A DNA stretch of 63,946 bases, filler included, from 8 parts of 8 records of this genome joined end to end with filler, not necessarily neighbours in it; one strand, 5' to 3'. Counted from the whole stretch's first letter, positions 11,042-23,735 are shown. The notes: generated from the sequence alone by a model not told the origin. Program-made: numbers and translations.

Positions 11042-12398
11042 ATGGCAATCAGAGGGACCTGCGGCTGGGCGCTCGCGTTGGCGCTGCTTCTGGCGGCCCG
11101 CACGGGGGCAGCCTACGAGATGTCGGTCACCTCCGAGCAGCACGGGCCGGTGGCTACCACCCAGGTGGTTGTCGACATGCAGCACGCCGACCTGGAGCAG
11201 GCTCGCCAGGTGCGCCTGTGCCACGCCGTGCCGGGCTGATAGAGGGGGGCAGACGCTCGGACCGATGATGGCCGAGATCAGGAACATGGCGCACGAGATG
11301 GATCAGATGTTTGGGCACGCCCCGCTTGACCTGGACTCGCTGCTTCGGAACCCGCTTCAGAACATCCAGGCCATGGAGAAAGCTCTGGTCGGGCACGTCA
11401 GGCCTCCAGTGATGCCGCGCCCCGAGGCGAACCCGCACACCGTGCTGCTCCAACACCTGCGCTCGCACCGACATGACCCGAAGGTGGCAGTGGCGGCGGC
11501 TTGCCACTGCCTGCTCCACAAGTGCATTCAGCAAGCCGCCGCCGACCCGGCCTGGAGGACGCGGGTGGATAGAGGCGGGGGGTACCTCTGGCCGGGCGCG
11601 TACAAGTGTGTGCTCGAGAACTATGCCCACGCCTCGCCCAAGTGACATCCGGCCGGCCACTGCAGCTGACAGTGCGTCGTCTGCAGGTGCCAACATGTTC
11701 TGAAGGCGACCAAGATGGCGTTGAACGGCGGCAAGAAGGCAGGCCCGGACCGTAACGGATGCTGGGACAAACCTACTGGGCTTTGGTGCCCCACTGGCGA
11801 TGGCCGTTGGGAATTGAAGAAGCCTGCGGCTGGCGTCGACCCAAGGCTCTACAAGAAGCCGACTGTCGAACCGACCACAGCGCCGACCAAGCCAGCCCCG
11901 CAAATCGGCGACCTCAAGGGCGAGGCTACGCCGGGCTACCTGACCGGAGACGTCGAAGCCCCCAAGGGGACCAAAGACATGGGAGGCTGGGTGGCACGTG
12001 TCTACACCTCAGAGCAGCAGGCCAGGCTGGGAGTGGACGAATTTGGTGAGCCAGCCAAGCCGACGCAAGCTGTAGCCAGGCCCAAGAAGCGCGTCGCGGA
12101 CATGGCCGGCGTGATCAAGCGTCCACAGCTGGCAATGCCTCGCCAACAAGCACAGCTGGCAACGTCTGCGCCAACGAGCGAACCAACTGATATCAGTCAC
12201 CGCCTGTACGCAGCTGTCAATGGGCAACCGGAGCTGTCGATGGCAATTGGGGCGCTCCTGCTGGTGATGGCCATGGCCTGTCTGTGCTGCCTGTGCTCCA
12301 GCCGACGGGCCAGCCAGCTCGAGTCCACCTATTCTGAGCTGCGCGAGTCTCAGGACAAGTTGGAGCTTGAGAGATTCCCGGCATCCGACCAGTTGTGA
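11042..12398 (+). CDS. Single-pass (type I) membrane protein of unknown function
   Basis: Signal peptide MAIRGTCGWALALALLLAARTGA. GT-AG introns 11210-11252 (43 nt) and 11642-11686 (45 nt) link three ORFs in frame. C-terminal TM MAIGALLLVMAMACLCCLC. Confidence 0.75.
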
Positions 12399-12819
12399 CA
12401 ACCTTTAGAGTGATAGGCACCCGAGATCATACTTGGAATACGCGCCAGCCGCTTTGTAACATAATGCGCGAATAGTTTGCAAGCAGGAACAACATTTTAG
12501 GGGTTTTGTGTGGGAACAACGCAACGTTCGTATTAGGATCAAACACGGATAGATAATAATTACATGTAACTGATTGCTTGTCAGTATACAAATTATCATG
12601 TAATCATATGAATCGATGTGATCCGTTGACATTCCTAAGATAAGCTTCGGACAGTAAATTATACCTTAGCACTTGACTCAAGTCAGATGTGCGGGCCTCC
12701 CCTTGCCCCGGTCCAAGTCGCACGCATGTCTATGATAATATTGGTCCTGTACCAACCTCACTCAGGCCTGCAGGCCAGCATGCCGCACCTGGCTCTTGGC
12801 ATCGAACCCGTACCCAGGA

Positions 12820-15083
12820 CTAACTGGCCGAGGACTAGAGGTGGCCTCATGCCGTGGCGTAATTGGGCCAGATCTGCACCAAGCAGTGGGCCGCAGGCTC
12901 ACAAGTTGCGGCTGGCTCGGGCCACTACTACTGTGCTACTCCAGTACAACTGATGGACTCGTAGTACCGGCGCGAGCTCGGATGGCTGCTGTCATGCGCT
13001 GAGTCGAAGGAAGTCTCGTGCTCCTCCTCGACCTGCCCTGGCTAGACCGGCTAGTCTATCACGAGTGCACACCATCCGGTGGATCTCGTCCGTAAACGTC
13101 TCGTGGCTGGTGAACAGCACCTGAAGACTGGCTCAGGCGGGGCTTGTTAGCAGCGGGGCACGGGGTCGTCAAAGCTGAGATCGTCCTCGTCCAGCAACTC
13201 GTCGTCCGGTTTGAATCTGTAGACTCCGATCCCACACACCACCACCACCAGCCCTATGACTTGAACCCCAGTGAACTGAACCTAACCAACCGAGATTGGC
13301 CCAGACTTGATGGCGGCAGAGGGTACCGTGCACAGGCCTATGGCGGTGTAGATGCTGCTAGTTGAGATCAGCGAGACCACCGGGATGATCGCCGCCAGTG
13401 CTACAAAATACAAGACCTGGCCCGCACCGGTCAGCTGCTACAGTGTATGTTGGCGACCGCTGTATTCTCAGATATGACCCAAAGCATAAGTACATTGAAG
13501 CAAACGCACACAGTGATGTACAGCCACACCGAGACCGGGGCCCACTGCAGCCCGCAGTCCATCGCCGCGATCTGCTCCGGGGTGGCAGCGGGGCACACCC
13601 CGGAGTCCAAGTCAGCACACTGCTTGTTGCAGCCGACCCCTGCGATGGCGCGGTCAGCGCAGGTCAGGTGAGGCTCGGACCGGACATGGCGCACTTAAGC
13701 CCGTCCATCATGTTAGTCCCCAGCCCATCCAAGCTGAGTTGATTGGCGGTCACCATGTAGCTTATGGGACAAAGCATCAGACCTGCCACCGGCCCAGCTC
13801 CGAACGATACACTCGAGCTCTCACCGAGCACTAATTGGAATCCTGCCACAAAAGCATTGACCAGGTGCATATCCACCGGGTGCGTCGGGTGCGAGAGCAC
13901 GTGCTCCTTGAGACAGATGCTCAACGACATTGGGATGCACGAGAGCACGAACGCGAGGCTCCACCACCCGTTCGAGTGATCGTGTGTCGGGTGGCTCGGA
14001 TTCGAAGGACTCTGGTCGTGAGAGTCCACCTGAGAGCGGCCGTGAGCGGTATGAACCGCAAGCTGGCCACCTGCCAGATCACCATCCCGATCCCTCCGAT
14101 TATGAGCGCAGCGCCCGCTAAGTGACTCCAGCTGTACATGTGCCGCAGGAAGAATCGTGAGAGGAACATAGTGACTGGAATGTTGCCTGACTAGGGTGAG
14201 CCACCGACCGGCCAGCTGCGGCACCCTGCTGCAGCAGATTCCGTAGCGGGGCCGTCACCTCCCGGCTGGCTAGGATGGCGGTGTCTGCACACAGAGTGTC
14301 GGGAGGCCAGAGGCTCGCAACTCACAGAGAGCGAGCGTGTCGCATATCGCCATGATCGAAATGTTGCCCAGGAACCACCTGCGATTCTCCTGCTGCCGGA
14401 TCAGACCAGCCAGCGCCCAGCCCGCACCGACACTGCCTGCCGAAAATGTGAGTTGACCTCATAGTAGCCTCTGCTGTGCTGGATCGCCACAACCAGCCCG
14501 AAAAACACCGAGCCCACCGCTACCACCATCACGTTCAGCACAGTGCTGCCCGTCCAGGTCGGCCCGGCCCGCCAGGGGGTGGATACAGGTAGTTGACCAT
14601 GTACTTTTTGCCATTGAGTGAGTAGTCGATGGTTTCCACAGTCCCACAAAAGATGAACGCCACCAGCACAGCCACCGACTGCACCCCCGGACTGAGCGGG
14701 CCGGGCAAGGCGGCGGCCGCGGGCTGGCGCTGCGGCGGGCACCTTCAGGCTGTCCTTGCGACACAGCTCGCGCGCGGTTGTCCACCACGAGGTTTCCTCG
14801 TAGTCTGGTACAGCCTCCGGTCAGTCGATCCAGCCGGCCACGCAGCGCCCAAATGGCCAGTACAGGCCAGCCGGCCGGCCATCCAGTGCGTGTGAGTGCA
14901 GGGGGCAGGCCGCTACGCAATCCCGAAGCGCGAGCCCAGAGCGGCGCCCGAACCGGCGGCGAGCAACAAGGGGCGAGAGGGGCGACCTCGGTTGAACTTT
15001 GCGCGGTACTCATCGGGCAGCGGGCTGGTTGGGGCGTACTCCACGAAAGACGCCGAGCCACCGGTGCTCGGCTCGGCCCACAT
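12820..15083 (-). CDS. CRT-like (chloroquine-resistance-transporter/CLT, DMT superfamily) transporter; ends approximate
   Basis: Spliced segments LLQQGNIPVTMFLSRFFLRHMYSWSHLAGAALIIGGI, SCIPMSLSICLKEHVL, VNAFVAGFQLVLG, GLKC, LYITVCVCFNVLMLWVI and GLVVVVCGIGVYRF follow the CRT-family layout; many ~40-nt introns. Confidence 0.75.
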
Positions 15084-15179
15084 CGGGCAGCGCGCACTGC
15101 TGCCAAGGTTGCGCCCGTCTGCCAAGTGGCGCGTGCTTCGAGCGTCAACGGACATTTGAGCCAGCCGGGGGCACCTCGA

Positions 15180-16451
15180 ATGCGAAGCCGGCCCACTCAG
15201 TCGGTGAAGAAGAAGAAGGGAGGGTCCACCGCGGAGCGGCGGAGCAGCGACATGGCCGGGACCGGCCGCTACAGCAAGCTTGTGGCCGTAGCTCTCGTCG
15301 GGCTGGCCACCACGCTGCTGCTATTTACGCTCCGACCTCGGTCCGGCTCGCCTGCCCCGACGCCCAGCCCGGCCCCGACTGGCGAGGCCGAGCCGTTGGT
15401 GTGGGAGCCCAGGATCATCCGTGAGTACCCGCACCGCACCGACGCCTTCACTCAGGCGGGCCGCCGGACGGGGCCGGGCCGAGCCGGGCGCAGGGCCTAT
15501 TGTTCCACCCGGACGGGGACCTGGTCGAGAGCCTGGGCATGTACCGCCGGACCGAGGTCCGCCGGGTCGACCTGCAGACCGGTGTTCCGACCCACCGGAC
15601 GGTGAGCCGGCCGGGCCACCCGCGAATCTCACAGATGGGCAGCACGCGCCGGACAAATCGTTCGGGGAGGGCCTGGTGCTGTGGCAGGGCCGGCTGCTGC
15701 AGCTCGACTGGCGCAAGTCGACCGGTGCCGGGCGGCGGGGCCCAGCTCAGCTCGGGCAGGGTTTGTGTACAACAGCAGCTCGCTCGAAAAGATCGGCACG
15801 CTTGAGCATCCTTACCGGTCGGTCGCGTGAGCACCGGCCGGTCTGACTGTGCGCGCAGTGACGGGTGGGGATTCACCAACGGTCCGCGCCCCGGCACGCT
15901 AGTGATGACAGACAATGGACACGATCTGCTGTTCGTCCAGCCTCGCGTGGCTGCTGACGGCCAGAAAGTAGTGCTCTCAGAGGTCGCACGAGGCTGCGGC
16001 TTGGGGGTGAGCCTTTCAGTGCAGGTGCGGCGTCAGTCTGTGCGGGATGGGCGGGCGCTGGTGACCATGTTGAATGAGCTCGAGCTAGTCGAAGGCCAGG
16101 CAAGCAAGCCCGGGAGGCTCAGCTCACACGGTTTGGCAGGTCTGGGCCAACTTGTTTGGTATGGATTGCATAGCTCAGATCTCACCGGAAGACGGGCGGG
16201 TGCGCGGCTGGCTGATGCTGGCCGGGCTGCTCAAGGAGAAGGTCAAGGACCCAGGCAACGACGTGCTCAACGGGATCGCCTACCTAGCCAGCAAGCCCGG
16301 CCGGCTGTTCGTCACAGGCAAGGAGTGGCCAAAGCTGTTCGAAATAGAGCTGGTCCCGTCGCGGGTGTCGGTGGCCGCCGCACGTCAGGCTTGTATCCCC
16401 AAGAGGAATATTTTCACTGGATGGACGCTACCGAAGAATTCTTTACCCTGA
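15180..16451 (+). CDS. Glutaminyl-peptide cyclotransferase, plant/bacterial beta-propeller type, with N-terminal membrane anchor
   Basis: After removing introns 15456-15493 (GC-AG), 15602-15642, 15725-15759, 15818-15858, 15983-16024 and 16100-16139 (GC-AG), the motifs are YPH..AFTQGL, FGEGL, DGWG, LNELE, VWAN, DVLNGIAY and LFVTGKEWPKLFEI. Confidence 0.92.
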
Positions 16452-16620
16452 AGGCAATTAGTACTGTAAGCTTACACTTGTTACACTATACCAGTTTACA
16501 CCTAGTTTACACCGCAATTTGCCGGGTTTTAAAATTGCATTGAACCACAATATTTTTTACTACGTGTACAATCATGCTTGTGTCCGTCGGCTACCACGCG
16601 CTACGAGTACGTAAACCGCA

Positions 16621-17031
16621 CTAGTCCGCTAAGCTAAGGTCTACAAACAACGGCTTTGTGCTGCCAAGATCCGTGCTACAGCTCACCTTGATTGCCGGGA
16701 GCTTCACCTTAGGCGGGTCGGGTCGGGGCTTGGCCCGCCCGTTGATCGGCTCCTGCGGCCCGTTGTATTGCTTGTCTCCGAATTCGCTCAACATGCTCAC
16801 TGATGGAACGTAGAGCCTACCCGGCCTCCCAGGCTGCAGGCTCGACGCGTACCGCTCCCCAACAGACGGTGTAGTCACACTCCGGTGGGCCGGCTTGGCT
16901 CCGGGCCGCTCGAGCATCCGCTTCGCCCTCTTGTGCAGTGTTTCTACCCTCTTCTTCACTGTGACCACTCGCCGGATTTCCCGCTCCCTTTCCTCTGCCT
17001 CGTATAATAATAAGCTCTCCTAAAAAGCATA
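16621..17031 (-). CDS. 3' fragment of an unknown basic protein (cut by contig end)
   Basis: ORF 16621..16968 converges on the AT-rich spacer downstream of the cyclase gene. Confidence 0.4.
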
Positions 17032-17131
17032 NNNNNNNNNNNNNNNNNNNNNNNNNNNNNNNNNNNNNNNNNNNNTTAATTAATTAANNNNNNNNNNNNN
17101 NNNNNNNNNNNNNNNNNNNNNNNNNNNNNNN
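17032..17131. other. Artificial contig linker
   Basis: N44-TTAATTAATTAA-N44. Confidence 0.99.
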
Positions 17132-17404
17132 CCGTGACCCTCTGCCGCCAGCGTGTGCCACTCGCGCCTACCAACCCAGCCGACACGCCGCCATAATCGA
17201 CTCGGAGAATCTCATCCCAGTTGCAGCCTACCGGTACTAAGACTCTAGCTGCATCTAGGTCCCTATTATCAAGTACCTGGTACGTGTAATCAGCTTGAGT
17301 TCAGCTGCCGTTGTCGAGGCAGCTGCATACTTGTATTGTGGAAACATCCATGGCCGGATCCCTGTGATCTGCTGGCGGCTTGATCTCTCTCGCGCCGGAC
17401 TAGG

Positions 17405-20400
17405 ATGGCGAGCAGCCCGGGCCAACAAAGCACGCCGATCAGCGCGCAGCACCGGGTGACCCCTCGGACCGCCCCCAACCAGCCCGGCTCAGGCCTTGTG
17501 CGGATGGCTGAACGGCCGGTTGCGGGAGGCTGGACTGGCGCTGATTGGGTACGAGAGCCTGGCCGAGGACATGGCCGACAGCACCGGGCTGATCCAGTTG
17601 CTCGAGGCGCTCGCCGCACGCCCGATTGAGGTGTGGCCTGGCCGCTCAGGCGGGGCGAGCTCGGGCTGCCAGGGGGTCCATCGGCGCCCGAGCAGCCCGA
17701 TGCAGATTCAGGCGAACCTCTCGATCCTCTGGAGCATCATGACCGAACGCGACGGGATCGATCTGGGCGAGGCGACAACGCTCTGTAAGCGCCAGCCGGC
17801 TGGCCCCGTCTGATGGAGGCCGGCAGCTATCAGCCAAGGGGTTGCCAAGTCGGTGTTGGCTCTGATCTGGAGGTCCACCCCCTAGGCGGCCCTCTGCTGA
17901 GTGCGCAGCACAGGCTATTTGTCGCATATGAGCTCGGCGAGCGCGCTTCGGCCGGCGCTTCGAGCTCTGGAGGTGGCCTGCCTGGGGCACAGCCCAGAGA
18001 GGCCGGCTGGGGTAGGCGAGATTGAGCTGCTCGAGTGGGTGAAGTCGCGTACAAGCCCGCTGACAGGCGGGCGTGACGTGACCAACTTCTCGTCCGAGTG
18101 CCTGCCGCCCCCCTGGCTACAGTCATGACCTTGTGTGGCAGCTGGAGCGATGGCGTGCTGCTGCATGCGCTGTGGCTGAGTGCCTTCCCAGACCGACCGT
18201 GTGCTGCAAACGCCGCCGTCGCCTTAGTCAAGTACAGCATGACGCAGCTCGGGTCTGAGCCGCTGCTGGTGCCCCAAGTTCTGTGGACTGATGACTTGCT
18301 AACCCCGCAGCCGGACAAGAAAGCGCTAATGCCGTATGTTGCTGCCATCAGGAGGCGGATTACGCAACTAGAGCTGGCCAGTACACTGCAGGCCGTGGCC
18401 GAGCATGACGAAGGCGTAGCTGCCCTACTGGAGGCTGAGAAATCGTACGAATCTGGGATCGAGGCACTAGAGACAGTCAATTGTCAAGTGAGTGAGATGA
18501 TTCGGCCTCGGAGCTGGTTCCTCAGGCCCTCGCTACCAGCGCTCTTGCCAAACTTGGGTCATCCGACTATCTGTCACTGGGCACAGCGTAAGCTCCAGAC
18601 TGACAGCAGCGACGCTGGGCTGGCTCTGATCAAGACAGAGGCAAAGCAGCTGCTTCGTGTGGCCAATGCTCAATATGACTGGGTCCGATCTCTGTTTGGG
18701 GAGGCCCAGCGTATCTGTGATGCCGCTAGGCCTGAGCTCCAGCAGGCAGAGTTGGTGCGGAGCGTGCTAGCAAAGCTCGCACTGTGCAGGGAGAAAGCTA
18801 GCCTGGCTGTTCAGGCCAAAGATGGGTTATGGCCGGAGCTAGAACGCAGGTTGGACCAGATGTTCGACGCGCATAGGCAGGGGAAGGATGCCCCAAGTTG
18901 GTTGAATCCGGCCTGGCTTAACCAGACAGCAACATCCTCGTTTGAAGCAAAGTGGAAGCTGATGGGGAAGCGCAAGGGTGTGCACGAGCAGCCTGCTACT
19001 ACTGGGAATGAGGAACTGTTACAGGGATCAAATCCGGACGAGCATGGCGCTGAACCAGTAATGGAGGACACCGCTGAAGCATGGCAAAAACGGATAGCAC
19101 AGGCAGAGGCCACCCATGAAACTGAACTGGGTGATACGGTGCGCCGGCTTGAGGGTCAGGCAAATGCTCGGCTAGATGAGGTCAACAGGCTACGAGCGCG
19201 GCTACTTGCTGGCCAATCGGAGGCACACAAGGAGCCACCGGCTGGCTTGGAGTGGATAGTACAGGCTCACCATGGCGAGCTCAACTTGGACTTTGAAGAG
19301 CCAGAGGACAAAACGGGGGCCTGGTACAAGAAAATGCATGAGAACGACCTATTTGTGTTCCATCCCCTGCTGCTCCACTGTACATACAACGGACTCCAGC
19401 AAATGGATAACACACTCGGGCTATCATGGTGCCGATTCAGCTTCACTTCAGATTACATTCCAAATAAGGAGATGCCAGCAGAGCTCCTGGTGCCTATACG
19501 GTGCCATGCAATGTGGGGCGGTGCTGGGACTGAGCAAGCCAATGAGCAACTTGAAGGGGTACTGGACCTGCAGCAGGGCTCAATGGTGCTCAATCGAGTG
19601 GGAAGCACTGACCGATATGGTGGCTGGATCCCAGAAGGCAAGGGCTACAAGATATCACTCTCGCCTGATGGCACTAACTTTGTCGGCATAGCATACGGCG
19701 CATCCGGGGAGCCACAAACCATATATGCCAGTACCACAGATCTCACTCATACCTATGAAGCAATGGATAGTGGCAAGCCCATGCCTCGTCCAGGAGCTGT
19801 AGATGCCTGCGGAATGCCATTTGCGCGCGCGGTGTTGCCACGCTGTTCACTAAGCAATCGCACCTTCCACATTGATGTTGGCTGGGAGAATGGGCTGCTG
19901 GTGGAAAAGTCTGTTGCTGGACCAGCTGAAAGAAGCTCTGCGCCCTGGGCTGTGGCAATGCTCGGTTGCAACGAGACAAACAGAGGCTAACGACAGCTCG
20001 GCGCTGACAGACTGGGACTGGCCATCTTGGAGCAAATACACTTGTACGCAGAGCTTTATCGGGGATCTGGCGGCAAACACATCGGCAATGAAAATAAAAG
20101 TGACGGCAAAGAATGACGAGCACGGTCTGCTCTTCTCTTTTGCGCCAAAGATCGATGGAGCCAGCTACTTTGACATGTGTCTATCGCAGGACTTGACAGA
20201 ATGTGTGCTCTTTACCCCTGGGGACAACTCGCGTGTGGAATGCATTCGTGCCCATTGCATGCATCAACGATCGGTTGAGCTCTCGCCATTTGGACTCCAG
20301 GGGGGCTCGACTGCTCCTGGGGCTGTGGACGGCAGCTCCCCGTGCTTTGATTGCAGGGAAGATACAATAACAGCCCATCAAGGCAACCCAGCAGGCAGCG

Positions 20401-21168
20401 CTCGGCTCAGAGCCACTGGTTTCCTCACTTGGGATTTCCATGTTGATAGCGTGTGCACCGAGCTTCAGCTGCGGGTAGCAACGGCTACAGGAGGAGAACA
20501 AGTAGAGCTTCGACTTGGTGGCAGGGACGGGCGGGTGATTGCATCAGGCACACTTGTGCCTACACTTGCGGGCAATCCGGTCGCGCCGCGAGCTCGAACT
20601 TGAGCTGCCAGTATTGCAGCAGGCAGTAGACGATCAGGATGAGGTGATGGAGGCCACACTCTGGTATAAGCTGGAGCGGATGTCGCACTCAATGGAAGTT
20701 CTCATGGAGGATCGGGAAGTCACAGCAGAGGGACTGAGGATGGAGTGCGAGCAACTGAACGAGGAGGCCACAAGTGTGGCAAAGAGAGCCGCACAGCTTG
20801 CCTTGAAGAAGAGTAAGGTGGAGACCGAGGACAAGGCCCGCAAGGCCGCTGCAATGGCTATGGAGAAGATCACTCGGGAGAACGAGAAGCGACTCTTGTT
20901 GGAGCCACTTTCTGACGATGACGCCGAGAGCTACCAATCCGCGAAGCCATCTGTCATGCTGTTCCACAAAGGTCATCCGGTCTACACAAAGATCAATGTG
21001 ACTTCACCAGATGATGTTAGGGGCGAACTTAGCCCTTTTGTACAAACGGTAAAGCAATATCATGCAGAGCCAATTGAGCAAATCCGAGAAAAGGCGCTCT
21101 ACTCCCAACAAGTGCATGGATTGGATGCAAAGGATTCTATCAAGCACAAATTTGAGGAGCTAAAGTAG
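17405..21168 (+). CDS. Tandem calponin-homology (actinin/filamin-type ABD) protein with coiled coils and a CBM6-like segment
   Basis: Spliced N-terminus ALCGWLNGRL...LAEDMADSTGLIQLLEAL...SVLALIWRLF...ELLEWVKSRT...VTNFSSDWSDGVLLHAL...PDKKALMPYVA gives CH1-CH2. Introns 19965-20010 and 20580-20619 join ORFs 18098, 19872 and 20539 in frame. Confidence 0.8.
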
Positions 21169-21472
21169 CCGATTCACGTCACCATGGCCTGCACCCATTA
21201 ACTGTGGCAAAATATGATGCAGTCGATTCCTAGCTAGGGCACTGGCCGCCCCAAACCTTGTAAATACGGTTGGAACCATGCAAAGTTAGAATACGTACGA
21301 TCAAAAGCCTGCCGCTGATGTAAATACAAGGACGAGTCTATCCTAAGTAATGTATAGATATCCTAAGTCTATCTAAAGCCCGCTGTTTATTGAAACTTGT
21401 ACAGTAAGTTGTGGTTCCACGCTCCAATTGTAATTGCGTCCAGTCACTGCGTATTTTCAATATTTCCTAGAC

Positions 21473-23431
21473 CTAATCTTGAAGCGGCTCTTGAGGTGGC
21501 GCTTGAGGTGGCTCGTCCAGAGGGACTTGTGGCACGTCTTCGGCTGCAGCTGGTGCCTGTGCTGCTTGCGGCGCTGCAGGCGGCGCCTGTGCTGCTTGTG
21601 GCGTCTCTACGACTGGGGCTGGCTGTTGGCCGAACATGTGGCAGACAAGCTTGGTGGCCATCACGATCACTAGTAAAGTGGACACCAGAGTAATTGCAAA
21701 GTCAATCGCATAGTCTTCATGCTCCAGCTGGACCCAAACGTGCTGCAGATTGTCGAGGTAAAACCCATACACCGGCAGCGACCACAGCGCAAGCGTGGCT
21801 GGAACGTAAGCCCTCGACTGAGTGTCGGCGGCCATATCGTAGTAACGCTTTGCTAGGTGGAGGTCTTGCGGCAGGCCTTGACCGATCTGGTGCAGGTAGC
21901 CCATGTTGAACATAGCTTGCGGGTTCTTGAGCTCGGCCGCTGTCCGGTAGTGCGCGGCCGCCTTGGCGTGGTCCACTTCGCCGTGGTATCCAAAGTAATA
22001 GTAGTCGCCCAGCCGGAGCTCAGCATGCACGTTGGCCTGCTGGGCGGCCCGGCGATACCATCCCATTGCCCGCTGCTGCCGAGCCGACGTGTTCGTTTCG
22101 GGCGGGAGCGAATCAGCAAGCTCATCCAGGATATGCGCAGCGTTCGATTGGGCGATCTCGAACCCTAGCTCGCCCGCCAGCTCAAACATTGAGAGCGCAC
22201 GCATGGTGTTGCCCTTGTTGAGCTGGGAGGTGGCGTTGGCCAGGATGCTTGCCCAAGGCCCTCGCTCAGCAACCCCCTTGAGGATTTGCACAGCCACAGG
22301 ACACGAGCGCGGGGTGCCCAGTCCGTTGTGGTGCATCAGCCCCAGGTTGTACAGGGCCACCATGTGCCCCTGCTGCGCCGCCAGAGTGAAGAACTGAACC
22401 GCTTTCGTGTGGTCCCTCTTGACACCGAGTCCTCCGATTTGCATCGCCCCAAGGTTGAATTGGCCCTCCGGGTTGCCAGCCTCGGCCGCCTGGGTGAAAT
22501 AGGCGAGGGCGTTGGCGTAGTTTTGGCTGACAGCGATTCCGTACATGTAGAGGTAGCCAAGCCCGTTCTTTGCGGCAGCGTTTCCGAGCGCTGCGCCCTT
22601 CTTGAACCAAGTCAGCGCCGTGGCGTTGTCCTGTGCGATCCCCATGCCCTGCGCGTACATGTGCCCGAGATTGCTCATGGCCGCCCCGTCGCCGGCCTCC
22701 GCAGCCATCATGAAATACTTGTGCGCTTGAGTGTAGTCCCGTGCAATCCCGCGTGCCCCATAGTAGTACAGCTGGCCGAGTGTGGACTGCGCGTTTGGGT
22801 CTCCGCTGTTGGCCGCCTGCTCGTAGTACATCAGCACGTCTTCATTCTCTCCTATGGTCTGGCCGTTGCCATCAGCTGCATCGCTCAGCCTCTTCTTCTC
22901 GATGAATGGCGCCTGGCCATTCTGGGCAGAAGCCACCGCCTTGTCGGCCACCCTGGTGTAGTACGAGATGGCGTCGTGGCAGCTGTGCTGCACCCCTATC
23001 CCGTGCAGATGCCTGTACCCTAGCACCATCTCGGCCCGGGTGCTACTCGCCAGCGCCGCAAAGTGCGTGTGAAGCACCGCCGCCGCCTCGTCCGGCTGCT
23101 GGTCCGGCAGACCGCGCGAGTACATGACCCCGAGCAGCAGCTGGGCCTCCGGGTCCCCCTGGTCGGCAGCCATCTGCAAGTGGGGCAAGGCGGCCTCCGG
23201 GCTGGGCTGATCCTCGGCTTCGCCCAGCCAGATCATCTCGCCCAAGGTTGCCATCGCTGGCACGTGCCCGAGCTCGGCCGCGCTGCGCATCTTGTCCAAC
23301 CCGCTGACAGGGTCGGCCGGCTCACTCCCCGACCCGAGGCGCAGCGCGCAAGCCTGATGGTAGAGCTGCTCGGCGGCCGGCTCGGCGGCGAGGAGGCTCT
23401 GGACCAACCCGGCGGCCAGGAGGAGCCACAT
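21473..23431 (-). CDS. SEL1L: SEL1L/Hrd3 ERAD component (Sel1-repeat type I membrane protein), intronless
   Basis: Signal MWLLLAAGLVQSLLA. Many Sel1 repeats with family-specific segments MVLGYRHLHGIGVQHSCHDAISYY, KGVAERGPW, GFEIAQSNAAHIL and QDLHLAKRYYDMA. C-terminal TM. Confidence 0.93.
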   Translation of the reverse strand: MWLLLAAGLVQSLLAAEPAAEQLYHQACALRLGSGSEPADPVSGLDKMRSAAELGHVPAMATLGEMIWLGEAEDQPSPEAALPHLQMAADQGDPEAQLLLGVMYSRGLPDQQPDEAAAVLHTHFAALASSTRAEMVLGYRHLHGIGVQHSCHDAISYYTRVADKAVASAQNGQAPFIEKKRLSDAADGNGQTIGENEDVLMYYEQAANSGDPNAQSTLGQLYYYGARGIARDYTQAHKYFMMAAEAGDGAAMSNLGHMYAQGMGIAQDNATALTWFKKGAALGNAAAKNGLGYLYMYGIAVSQNYANALAYFTQAAEAGNPEGQFNLGAMQIGGLGVKRDHTKAVQFFTLAAQQGHMVALYNLGLMHHNGLGTPRSCPVAVQILKGVAERGPWASILANATSQLNKGNTMRALSMFELAGELGFEIAQSNAAHILDELADSLPPETNTSARQQRAMGWYRRAAQQANVHAELRLGDYYYFGYHGEVDHAKAAAHYRTAAELKNPQAMFNMGYLHQIGQGLPQDLHLAKRYYDMAADTQSRAYVPATLALWSLPVYGFYLDNLQHVWVQLEHEDYAIDFAITLVSTLLVIVMATKLVCHMFGQQPAPVVETPQAAQAPPAAPQAAQAPAAAEDVPQVPLDEPPQAPPQEPLQD

Positions 23432-23735
23432 CGTCGATGCTGCGGCCTCTTGCAAGGGCGGCAGACGAGCAAGGGCGCGAGCGCGTTGGGGGCAGCGACT
23501 GGACCACTCCTTCAGCTGTGGGCTTGGAGCGATGACGCGGTAGCACGACCACCAACGGAATTCAACGGAAAGATGGCCATCCATCACCTTGGGAGCCAGT
23601 GAGGAGAGCAAAGAGCAGTGGTGAGATTGTTGCGCGTGGTGCGTTGCGCCCCCGCCCTGCTGTTTGGCCCAGCGCCTGCCAGTGCCTGCGTAGACCAGGC
23701 CGTGCCGCGACGGTTAGTCGGCCCGGGGCAGGTCC

